From contig JAFPUX010000366.1 in the NCBI GenBank assembly GCA_017413145.1, forward strand, positions 1 through 45,255: DNA of 45,255 bases. The letters are read 5' to 3'. Position 1 is the first letter of the stretch, and every line of letters starts with the position of its first letter. The stretch comes from Kiritimatiellia bacterium. GTDB lineage: Bacteria > Verrucomicrobiota > Kiritimatiellia > RFP12 > UBA3636. This document shows positions 1 through 8,800 of the stretch, piece by piece. The notes beneath the pieces were generated by a model. That model did not search any database, was not told the DNA's origin, and saw nothing but the letters and a program-made list of their open reading frames with translations. Both the position numbers and the translations under genes were made by a program.

Positions 1-1
1 C

Positions 2-2599
2 ACCTGGAACCCCGCCGGCGAATCGCTCGTCTGGGTCCGCGTGCCCGTCTTCACGAACGGCGCCGTGGTCCACCTGGACTACGGCGCCTCGGAGGCCGAC
101 GGCACCGCGGACGCCGCGGACGTGTGGCGCCGCTACGTCGGCGTCTGGCACCTGGACGCGACCAACGCCGCGAGCGCCTACGGCTCGTATCCCAACTCCA
201 CCGCGACCGCCGGCATCGACGGCGAGAAGGCGAAGGCGTCGATCGCCGGCCAGACGGGCCGGTTCGGCCGCTCCGTCAAGATCTGCAACGCCATGCGGAA
301 GGGCCCCGGCTACCGGCTCGGCGGCGTGTTCGTGCCGGACGCCGGCGAGAACTCGCCGCTCGACCTCGGCGACACGTTCGTGGTCTCCGGCTGGTTCCGG
401 CACGAGGACCAGGACTACTACTACGACAAGCTCTTCGCCAAGCGGAAGTCCACGAACAACGAGGGTTCGCCCAACGGCGCCTTCTCGATCGAGATGGACT
501 CCGCCGGTTCGAACAGCCGGGTCACCGTCGCGGGCAACGGCGGGAACACGGGCGCCGCCACGCTGGACTCGACCCTCCGGAACGCCTGGAGCCACCTGGC
601 CTTCGTCTTCGACGGAAAGAGCTGCGCCCTCTACCAGGACGGCGCCTTCTGCCGGACGACGACGATCAGCGCCGTGTCGGACAACGACGCCCCGCTCTGC
701 TTCGGCAACCTGACGGGCGGCTACGGCGACGGCGCGGGCGACAGCGCCTGGTGCGGCTGGATCGACGAGGTGCGCCTCGCCGACGGCGTCCCGACCGACG
801 CGTGGCTCGCCGCCGAGCACGCCGCGATGGCGCCGGATACGAACGTCGTCCGCTTCGCCGCGGTCCGCGACCTCGAGATGCCCGTCCTCGACGGCGCGCC
901 CGAACTGGCTTGGTCCGGGAGCCGGTTCCGCTACGCCGCGACCGTGGCCTACGGCCTCGGCGACGTCCTTCTCGCGACGATCGACCTCTTCGACGGCTCC
1001 GCGACGACGAACGCGACGCATTCGTTCGATTCGCCGGCGCAGCTCCCGCAGTCGTTCTCGGACGACGCCTCGCTCGGCGAGAACCGGATGTACCGCGCCG
1101 TCGCGGTCCTGCGCTCGTCGGACGGCGCGGAGGAGGACCTCGCCGCCGCCGCGGGGACGGTCTACTCCGGACAGCTGATCGCGACCTGGATCCAGGACGC
1201 GGACGTCGCGGCGATGACGCCCGCGATCGTCCGGCTCTCCCGCGCGGACACCGAGGCCGCCACCTGCGCGGACCTGACCGTCGCCGTCGCCCTCTCCGGC
1301 GAGGCCGTCTCGAAGGGGCTTCTCGAGCCCGTCGTCTCCGCGACCATCCCGGCGGGGACGAACGCCGTCGACGTCGCGATCCGCCCGATCGCCCGGAGCG
1401 TCGCCCCCGGCGACTACGCCGCGATGCTGACGGTCGTGGGGACGAACGTCGCCTACCCCGCCGCCACGCGCTCCGGGTTCGGCGTCCTCAACGCCGGAGC
1501 CGACCCCTACGTCCGCTTCGTCGCCCCGGACGGCAGCGACGAGAACGACGGTGCGCTGGCCACGTCCCCGAAGCGGACCATCGCCTCGGCCCTCGCGTCG
1601 TTCTCCGAGAACGCCCGTTCGGCGCTCTGCACGGTCCACGTCGCGCCGGGTCTCTACCCGATCGAGTCGCCGATCGTCCTCTCGACCCCGGTCCGCGTCC
1701 TCGGCGACGACCCCGACCCGTCGCGCGCCGTCGTGTCGAACACCGTCGGCGCCGGCGACCAGCGCGGGAACCAGCGCGTTTTCACGATCAACCATCCGGA
1801 CGCCCTCGTCGCCAATCTCACCATGCAGGACGGATCGGTGTGGGGAGACTGGAGCGGCGGAGGGGACTTCCTCGTCGACGCCGCGGGCGGAACGGTTTCC
1901 AACTGCTGCGTGGAGACGGGTCACGTCCAGTGGGGCGGGCATGTCGGAGGAGGAGGAGCCCGGATGTCGGCCGGTCTCGTGACCCATACCGTGTTCCGCC
2001 GGAACTACACCGTCACCGGGTCGTCGCAGTGGGGCGACGGGGCGTACCGGGCGGGCGTCCTGATGCTCGCGGGCAAGGCGCGAGCCGAGAACTGCCTGAT
2101 CGTCGACAACCCGCAGTCCGCGGAAGTGACGCTGGTCCGGCTGGAGGGAAGCGCGACGATGCGCAACTGCACCATCGTCGACTCCGGACTGTCCCGGACC
2201 AACGATCTCTGCAAGGTCTTCACGCCGCTCCGGATCAATTCCGCCTCCGCGACGGTGCAGGACGTCGTGATCGCCGGCGTGACGAACACCGTGGACGGCG
2301 CGCCGTGCGTGCCCTCCGGCCACGTGTCGCGCTTCCGCAGCGGCGCCGTCGACGGCGCCGTCGAGAGCCTCGGCTTCCCGGCGGAGACGGTCGTCGGCAC
2401 GCCCGCCTCGTTCTTCCGCGACCGCGCCCGCGGCGACTGGCGCCCGCGCAGCGGCGGGCCGCTCGTCAACGCCGGCGTCAACTACGAGCCGATGGCGGGC
2501 GTCGACCTCTCGGGCGTCCAGCCGCGCAAAGTCGGCTCCCGCGTCGACATCGGCTGCTACGAGGCCTTCTCCGAAACGACGATCCTGATCCTGCGGTGA
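2..2599 (+). CDS. Giant secreted lectin/beta-helix protein, 5'-truncated by the window edge (end of DUF2341-like domain, LamG, Ig/Calx-like region, right-handed beta-helix with choice-of-anchor-Q-like end)
   Basis: The frame is open from base 2 (TWNPAGESLVWVRVP, the typical end of a DUF2341-type domain), so the track start at 41 is internal. LamG signature: WSHLAFVFDGKSCALYQDG ... GWIDEVRLADGVPTDAWLAAEHAAM. PbH1-like repeats: VSNCCVE, ENCLIVDN, MRNCTIVDS. C-terminus: VDIGCYEAFSETTILILR. It is a close paralogue of the C-terminal ~830 aa of the 17513..21649 product. Confidence 0.85.
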   Translation, partial: TWNPAGESLVWVRVPVFTNGAVVHLDYGASEADGTADAADVWRRYVGVWHLDATNAASAYGSYPNSTATAGIDGEKAKASIAGQTGRFGRSVKICNAMRKGPGYRLGGVFVPDAGENSPLDLGDTFVVSGWFRHEDQDYYYDKLFAKRKSTNNEGSPNGAFSIEMDSAGSNSRVTVAGNGGNTGAATLDSTLRNAWSHLAFVFDGKSCALYQDGAFCRTTTISAVSDNDAPLCFGNLTGGYGDGAGDSAWCGWIDEVRLADGVPTDAWLAAEHAAMAPDTNVVRFAAVRDLEMPVLDGAPELAWSGSRFRYAATVAYGLGDVLLATIDLFDGSATTNATHSFDSPAQLPQSFSDDASLGENRMYRAVAVLRSSDGAEEDLAAAAGTVYSGQLIATWIQDADVAAMTPAIVRLSRADTEAATCADLTVAVALSGEAVSKGLLEPVVSATIPAGTNAVDVAIRPIARSVAPGDYAAMLTVVGTNVAYPAATRSGFGVLNAGADPYVRFVAPDGSDENDGALATSPKRTIASALASFSENARSALCTVHVAPGLYPIESPIVLSTPVRVLGDDPDPSRAVVSNTVGAGDQRGNQRVFTINHPDALVANLTMQDGSVWGDWSGGGDFLVDAAGGTVSNCCVETGHVQWGGHVGGGGARMSAGLVTHTVFRRNYTVTGSSQWGDGAYRAGVLMLAGKARAENCLIVDNPQSAEVTLVRLEGSATMRNCTIVDSGLSRTNDLCKVFTPLRINSASATVQDVVIAGVTNTVDGAPCVPSGHVSRFRSGAVDGAVESLGFPAETVVGTPASFFRDRARGDWRPRSGGPLVNAGVNYEPMAGVDLSGVQPRKVGSRVDIGCYEAFSETTILILR

Positions 2600-2623
2600 C
2601 GCGTGCCCCCGCGCGGGCGGCAT

Positions 2624-2734
2624 TTGACACGCGCGGGGGGTTTCTGGTAGTCTTTCCGGTGTCGGACGGATTGGGACGACGAGCCTCGTCCGTTTTTTGA
2701 AACACAAACAATCACTCGATTGATTTCAGCCGCG
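2624..2734 (+). promoter_or_regulatory. Conserved promoter + leader, type A copy 1
   Basis: TTGACA at 2624-2629, an 18-nt spacer, then TGG-TAGTCT (-10 at 2648-2653). Hairpin plus T6 at 2674-2698. Palindromic box CAATC-ACTC-GATTG at 2709-2722. ATG at 2735. The same layout occurs at 17403-17512, 26664-26774 and 34065-34174. Confidence 0.55.
2674..2698 (+). terminator. Intrinsic-terminator-like hairpin + T6 (ends upstream gene and/or acts as leader attenuator)
   Basis: GGACGA (2674-2679) pairs with TCGTCC (2686-2691) across a 6-nt loop, followed by G and TTTTTT (2693-2698). It lies downstream of the conserved TTGACA/TAGTCT promoter and upstream of ATG 2735. Confidence 0.45.
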
Positions 2735-5539
2735 ATGAAACGCTTCCCGATCGTCCTCGCCGTCGCGCTCTTCGCGCTCGCGCCCGCCACGCGGGCGGAC
2801 GTCCCGGATGTCACCGCCTCGCTCGAGTTCGTCGGCAACCCCGCGCTGCACCGCTGGCCGTCCGACTCCTACGTGCGCGGCGCGCTCGACCTGCAGTTCC
2901 ACCGCGGGACGCTCCTCGTCGGAGGCGGCGAGGTCGAGAACAACCGCGGCCCCGTCCACGTCTACGGCACCGACCCGGTCACGCTCGGCGAGACGTTCGA
3001 GTACTCCGCCGGCACGGAGGCGCTCGCCAACTGCCGCGTCGCGTCGTGGGGCGAGCTGCTCGCCCCCTCGCAGGACCCGCGCGAGGGCGACCCGAACAAC
3101 GGCCACGTCTTCCTCCGCGGCGCGGACGGGACCTGGACGCGCCGCTCGGGCATCGGCGGCAGCGTCCCCTACAAGGTGGGCAGCTCGACCGGCTCCGTCG
3201 CCTCCAACACGCACGTCTGGGACATGGAGGAGTTCGACGGGCGCGTCTTCTCGGCCAGCTACCAGCTGCACTGGTCGACGAACCGTTGCGCCAATTTCAC
3301 GAACACCGGCTCGATCACGAACGCGTACCGGCCTTTCTACTACATGCTCTCGGACGGCGGCTACACGTGGTGGTCGCTGCGCCGCCAGATGCAGCTGCTG
3401 CGCTTCTCCGGCGACCTCTACGCGGTCCCGAACGCCCTGGTCCAGCCGAACTACGCCGTCCAGGATTCGAACAAGTGGTACAACAAGGTCGAGGTGTTCC
3501 ACTGGAACCCCTCGACGCTGAAGTTCGACGAGGGGCGGCAGGCGATGTCGACGCTCTTCCCGAACATTTCGTCGAACGACTTCCGGCTCGTCCTCTCGTC
3601 CTCGGGCGGCAAGACCTGGGACCCGCTGCCGACCGGCACGTACGATGCGCTGCTCGTGCGCCTCTGGCACACGACGCCGTTCAAAGACCGCGTCCTCTAC
3701 GTCGGCTGCTACGACACGCAGGCGGGCGAACCCGCTCTCACCTCCTACCCGCTTCCGCTCATGGGTTGCTCGGCGTACGTCAAGACGAGCGGGTGGGGCT
3801 CGAACCAGACGAAGTCGCTCGCCGCGACGCGCCTCTCGTTCGACGGCGACAAGGAGGAGTACCCGTGGGACTTCGCCGTCGTAGGCGACACGTGCTACGC
3901 GCTCACGTCGAAGCCGAACGCCTCGACCAAGGTCGTGCGCCACTCGGTCTGGAAGTCGACGAACGGCACGAGCTTCACGCGCGTCTTCTCGTTCGACTTC
4001 CACCAGAACATGATCTCGCTCGACTACCGCGACGGCTGGTTCTGGCTCGGCGTCGGCGTGAAGAAGGCGACGCGGGGCTACGCCTACGACAACAAGGCCG
4101 ACGAGTCCGGCGCGGTCTACCGCGTGCGCCTCCCGCAGGAGCCGACGTCCGTCGAGGCGGTCGACCCGCCCGCGACGGTCGCCGAGGGCGGGTCCGCGTC
4201 GATCGCGTTCCGGCTGACCGCGCAGCCCGCGTCGAACCTCACGCTGCGCGTCGCGGCGCGCGAGCGCCGCGGCGTCTCGCTCGACAAGTCGTCGCTCACG
4301 TTCACCACGTCGAACTGGCAGACGCCGCAGAACGTCGCCGTCTCGCTCGCGGACGACGACGTGGGCGACGATTCGCCGGTCGTCGTGCAGTGCGGCGCGT
4401 TCGGGGACGACGTCCGGCGCGGCGAGTTCTGCAGCCCGCAGGTGACGTCCGCCGCCGTGATCCTCTCGCCGGTCGAAAACGACCTGCCGCCCGCGGTCGC
4501 GTCCGAATCCGCCGAGGCCCGCCCGACGACGGCCGACTACCGGGTTGCGCTCGATTCGTTCGGCTCGGTGAACGGCGTGCCGGCGACGTCCGCGTCGGTC
4601 GCGGTGCGCGTCTACGCGGACGCCGCGCACGCGACGCTCGCCGGGCAGACGTCCGGAACGATCGACGCGACCGGGGCGGAGCGCACGTTCCTCGTGGCCG
4701 GCCTCGACCGAGGGACGCGCTACTGGCTCGTCGCCGAAATTTCGGCCGCGCCGGGCGTCGTGCACGCGTTCGAGGCGGAGTTCCTCACGCCCATCGCGAA
4801 CCCGGAGGAGCTCGTCGACCTCATGGACGACGAGGACAACCGCGAGCTCACGCTCTCCAACGCCACGTCCGGCGGCGCGGCGGGGCAGGGGGCCTACGAC
4901 AACAAGGAGACGACGAAGTTCGGCGGCTACAACAAGCCGCCGTGGTTCATCTACCAGTTCAAGACGCCGGTCGTCGTGCGCGGGATCGGCGTCTGTTCGT
5001 CGGGGGAGTCCGACCCCGACCGGAACCCGACCACGATCCAGCTCTACGGCGCGAACACGACGAACAAGAACGACTTCGTGCTGCTCTTCTCGCGCACGGG
5101 CGAGGCGGACTGGACCGCGGGCGAATGGCGCCGCTGGATCGTCGAGAACGAGACCGCCTACACCTGCTACAAGTTCCAGATGTCGGCCGCGAGCCAGCAC
5201 GCCTACATCCGCGAGGTCGAGCTCTACGGCCTCGGCGGCGGTGGCGAGCCTCGGAAGCCCGTCTTCCGCGCCGCGACGGACGGCGGCGCGCTCGCGCTGG
5301 CCGGCGACGCCCTTTCGCTGAACCTCGTCGCGTGCGAAGCGGACTGCTGGTACGCGCCCTTCACCAACGGAACCGTCGCCGGCCCTTTCTTCGCCGAGCG
5401 GGACGGCGTCCATCCGGAGACGGACGGCACGCTCTCCTTCTCCGTCGCCGCCGCCGAATCCGCCAAGTTCGTCGTCGTCGGCGCCTCCCGCGACCCCATC
5501 CGCGCCGGCGAGGCCGTCATCCCTTCCTCGACACCATGA
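2735..5539 (+). CDS. Secreted BNR/Asp-box beta-propeller protein with Calx-beta/Ig-like and F5/8-type-C (discoidin)-like domains and a shared C-terminal domain
   Basis: ATG 2735 (the track ORF starts at TTG 2720) gives the signal peptide MKRFPIVLAVALFALAPATRA. Four Asp-box-like motifs: GADGTW, SDGGYTW, SGGKTW, STNGTSF. Calx/Ig-like segment: ATVAEGGSASIAFRL...VSLADDDVGDD. Discoidin-like jelly roll ends ...YIREVELYG. The last 94 aa are shared with the next gene. Confidence 0.85.
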   Translation: MKRFPIVLAVALFALAPATRADVPDVTASLEFVGNPALHRWPSDSYVRGALDLQFHRGTLLVGGGEVENNRGPVHVYGTDPVTLGETFEYSAGTEALANCRVASWGELLAPSQDPREGDPNNGHVFLRGADGTWTRRSGIGGSVPYKVGSSTGSVASNTHVWDMEEFDGRVFSASYQLHWSTNRCANFTNTGSITNAYRPFYYMLSDGGYTWWSLRRQMQLLRFSGDLYAVPNALVQPNYAVQDSNKWYNKVEVFHWNPSTLKFDEGRQAMSTLFPNISSNDFRLVLSSSGGKTWDPLPTGTYDALLVRLWHTTPFKDRVLYVGCYDTQAGEPALTSYPLPLMGCSAYVKTSGWGSNQTKSLAATRLSFDGDKEEYPWDFAVVGDTCYALTSKPNASTKVVRHSVWKSTNGTSFTRVFSFDFHQNMISLDYRDGWFWLGVGVKKATRGYAYDNKADESGAVYRVRLPQEPTSVEAVDPPATVAEGGSASIAFRLTAQPASNLTLRVAARERRGVSLDKSSLTFTTSNWQTPQNVAVSLADDDVGDDSPVVVQCGAFGDDVRRGEFCSPQVTSAAVILSPVENDLPPAVASESAEARPTTADYRVALDSFGSVNGVPATSASVAVRVYADAAHATLAGQTSGTIDATGAERTFLVAGLDRGTRYWLVAEISAAPGVVHAFEAEFLTPIANPEELVDLMDDEDNRELTLSNATSGGAAGQGAYDNKETTKFGGYNKPPWFIYQFKTPVVVRGIGVCSSGESDPDRNPTTIQLYGANTTNKNDFVLLFSRTGEADWTAGEWRRWIVENETAYTCYKFQMSAASQHAYIREVELYGLGGGGEPRKPVFRAATDGGALALAGDALSLNLVACEADCWYAPFTNGTVAGPFFAERDGVHPETDGTLSFSVAAAESAKFVVVGASRDPIRAGEAVIPSSTP

Positions 5540-5572
5540 ATCTCCGTCACGGCCGTCGCCGTTCCAAAACGC

Positions 5573-5785
5573 GATTGCTTCGCAACGCAATCTTGGCGGA
5601 AACGCTTCCCGCATCGCACGCCGCTTCGCGGCTATGCGGAGAAGCGTTTCCGCCCGCGTCGGTGGGGCGAGCCGCCGCGCCGCCCCTGCGGCTCGCACGG
5701 AGTGCTCGCCCCACCGGAGAGTCCCGGCGAAGACCGGTTCCGCCGGCCGCGAAGCGGCCTTGCGGGGCGGACCGGTTTTCGCCGG
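5573..5785 (+). other. Highly structured intergenic segment: one short and three long nested hairpins (candidate ncRNA, REP-like element or RNA processing/stability element)
   Basis: Short hairpin: GATTGC/GCAATC at 5573-5592. Hairpin 1 (5595-5654): perfect 14-bp stem GGCGGAAACGCTTC/GAAGCGTTTCCGCC enclosing CCGCAT/ATGCGG and GCCGC/GCGGC. Hairpin 2 (5660-5716): 13-bp stem CGGTGGGGCGAGC/GCTCGCCCCACCG with an inner GCCGC/GCGGC. Hairpin 3 (5724-5785): ~20-bp stem with one bulge, enclosing GGCCGC-GAA-GCGGCC. Confidence 0.6.
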
Positions 5786-5883
5786 AAGTATCGTCGCGAA
5801 GCGATTGCGGTCTCTCGAGCGGGAGCTCCGCCCTCCGAAACCATTCAAGCCATTCTCGGTAGAAAACGACGCCGCATGAGACC

Positions 5884-8800
5884 ATGAGAAAGACGCTCCC
5901 CCTTCTTCTTCTGTTCCCCGTTCTGGCGAACGCCGCGGAGGTGTCCGTCGAGGACGCCGCGAACGCCGCGCGGGCGTGGGTCGACCGCGGCTACGCGATG
6001 GGCAAGCTCCCCGCCGGGCGCACGGTCGACGGCGTCGACGAGGTCCGGGACCCCGCCACGGGCGCGAAGCTGCTCGTCGCGCGCTTCACGGGCGGCGGCT
6101 ACGTCGTCCTCTCGTCCGACGACCTCGTCGATCCCGTGATCGCGTTCTCCGAAACCGGAACGGGCCTCGACCTCGACGAGGGAAACCCGTTCTGGGCGCT
6201 GCTGCGGGCCGACATCGAGGCGCGCGAGGCCGCGGCGGGCGTCGAGCGCGGCGCGGGCGTCGCCAAGCGGGGCGCCGCCGCGAAGGCGTCCGGAACGACC
6301 GCCGCCCAACGCAAATGGGCGGACCTGCTATCCCGGGAGACGGGCGGCGGACGCGCCCCCGCGCTCCGCGCCACGAAGGCCGCGGCGGGCCGCACCTCGC
6401 TCTCGGACGTCCGGGTCGATTCGTTCGTGCGGTCCCGGTGGTCGCAGTCCAACCATGCCGGAACAAGCATCGGCGAACCGTGCTACAACTACTACGTGAC
6501 GAACCGCTACGTCTGCGGCTGCGTGTCGACCGCGACCTCGCAGCTCATGCGCTACTGGGAGTACCCGACCGCGGCCGAGCCCGTCGTGTCGACCTACTAT
6601 CTCTGCTACGTCGGCAACACGCCGTTCTTACCCCGCATGTTCGGGGGAACCTACGACTGGGACAACATGCCGCTCGACCCAAGGTGGGTCGCGGACATCA
6701 CCGAGGAGGAATGCCAGGCCATCGGCAAGCTCACCTACGACGTCGGGGTAGCCGTCGGCATGCAGTGGAAGTCCACCGGAAGCAGCGCGGAGGTCCCCTC
6801 CACCGTGGCGGCCCTGAAGGCCGACTTCCACTACGCGAGCGCGCACGCCGTCGTCTACGCGAACTCCGGCTCGGGCGCCTACAGCCTGGCGTCGTTCAAG
6901 AAGGGCATGATCCCCAACCTCGACGCGCGCTGCCCGTGCATCCTGAGCATCCAGGGGTCCGGCGGCCACGCGATCCTCGCCGACGGCTACGGCTATTCGG
7001 ACGGCGACTTCTTCATCCACGTCAACATGGGCTGGGCCGGCGAAGGCGACGCCTGGTACAATCCGCCGAACATCGAGGAGTACACCTCGATCCGCGCCTT
7101 CGTCTACAACGTCTTCCCCAGGAAGACCGGCTCCATCGCGAGCGGCCGCGTGCTCGACCAGATCGGAAATCCCGTCGCGGGCGCGGACGTGGCGCTCTCC
7201 GACGGGCAGACCGCGGTCTCCGACGCGAACGGCGTCTACGCATTTATCGCCCCCGCCGGAACGTACGACATCACGGCCGCGAAGGACGGCTTCACGGCGG
7301 GGTTGTCGGTGACGCTCGCCGAAACCGCCGGGACGCCGGTCAAGACGAACCAGACCGAGCACGGCCACTACAACACCGGCGTCGGCACGAACGGAAACGT
7401 CTGCGACAACGACATCCTGCTCGCGGACATGCCGGCGACCGCGAAACCCGTCTTCTCGCCCGGGTCGTGCGCCTTCCATCCCGCCACCAACGTGGCGATC
7501 TCCTGCGCCGACGCGTCCGCGACGATCCGCTACACGGTCGACGGCTCGGCGCCGGACGAGTCGAGCCCCGTCTACGCCGGGCCGATCCGCGTGGACGACA
7601 CCGTCACGCTCAAGGCGCGCGCCTTCGCGCCCGGCTGCAACGCGAGCGCCGTCGCCGTCGCGGACTACGTCTACGACCCCGGGGACGGCCCGCCGAAGGG
7701 CGACAACTTCGACGACCCGATCGAGATCCGCGGCGCGAGCGGAACGTACGTCGTCGCGGACAACGAGGCCTACACGATCGAGGACGGCGAGCCCGTCCAT
7801 GTCGTGGTCGACGGCACGCCCAAGCCCCAGCTCCGCTCGATCTGGTACCGCTGGACGGCGCCCGCGACCGGACGGGTGCTCTTCCGCACGTACTGCCGGA
7901 ACGGCAACTCCGCCTACTGGACCAACATTGCCGCCTACCGTGGGGACACGCTCGCAACCGCCGAGAAGATCGCCTTCTCGACCACCTACGACGCCAACTT
8001 CGCGCAGCTCCTCCCCCTGGACGTCGTCCAGGGGGACACCTATCGGTTCGTCGGAATGATCAACTCGACCAATCCCGCCGCGGCCTTCGGGACCTTCACG
8101 CTACGCTGGGACGACGAGTTCCCCACCGGCGGCGATCCCACGCCCGTCCTCGGCTCGTGCACGGCGGCCGTCGACGGGACGAACGTCGCCTTTTCGGTCG
8201 CGCTCCGGAAAATCGAAGCCCCCGCCGCCGTGTCGGTCTTCTACGGCCTGGACGAAAGCCACCTGACGGAACTTTCGCTCGGCACGGCGAACGCGTCCGG
8301 GACGCTGACCGCGACCGCGACCGGCCTCGCCAACGGGACCTACGTCTGGTATGCGCGCGCCGTCTCGGAAGTCGACGGCGTCCCGTACGCCGCGGAAAGC
8401 GCGCGCAAGACCTTCACGGTCAACTGGGTTCCGCCGCCCGAAGGCATGCTCGTCGCGGACGGCTTCTCGGCGGACGACTACACGGCCGGCACGAAACTCC
8501 AGAATTCGACCGGCGGCGACACGACGGGCTTCACGAGCGCGCGCCCGTGGTCGGCCAAGACGGTCACGGGTGTCCTCTTCGTGAACGACGACGGCCTCTC
8601 TCTCCCCGCCGGCTGGGACGCCGCGCGCTACCCGTCGGGCGGATACTCCATCGGGCTCAAGAATTCCGGCACGACGACCACGTCCGACATTCGCGGCGCG
8701 TGCCGCCAGCTCGCGGACGGCGCCTTCCCGACGAGCGGCACGATCTACTACCGCATCCTCCTGCGCCACGGGACGGGCGCCGGGCATTGCCCGACGAACT

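Noticed and set aside
2726-5848. Very long antisense and off-frame ORFs. Examples: 124..2700(+), 2726..5848(-), 3046..5862(+), 6628..7800(-), 8101..9510(-), 14784..16607(-), 18326..21592(-), 21550..26283(-), 22695..26564(+), 27082..30897(-), 31812..33824(-), 35573..37588(-), 41286..45173(-), 41567..45160(+).
   Set aside because: Their translations are low-complexity and rich in Arg, Gly, Ala and Pro, with no domains. They mirror genes with clear domain content on the other strand or frame. This is the expected stop-codon scarcity of a very GC-rich genome.
5536-5862. A 108-codon ORF (MNLRHGRRRSKTRLL...) starting with an ATGA overlap on the stop of 2735..5539, mimicking the coupled junction at 9543.
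   Set aside because: Nearly half of its third codon positions are A/T, unlike real genes here. The product is Arg/Ser-rich with no motif. The ORF is explained by the three long palindromes it spans.
5836-5865. A leader-type promoter for the C10 peptidase gene (CGG-TAGAAA at 5860-5865).
   Set aside because: A TAGnnA-like -10 is present, but there is no acceptable -35 at 17-18 nt (CGAAAC or GAAACC), no CAATC-N4-GATTG box and no SD. The evidence is too weak to annotate.
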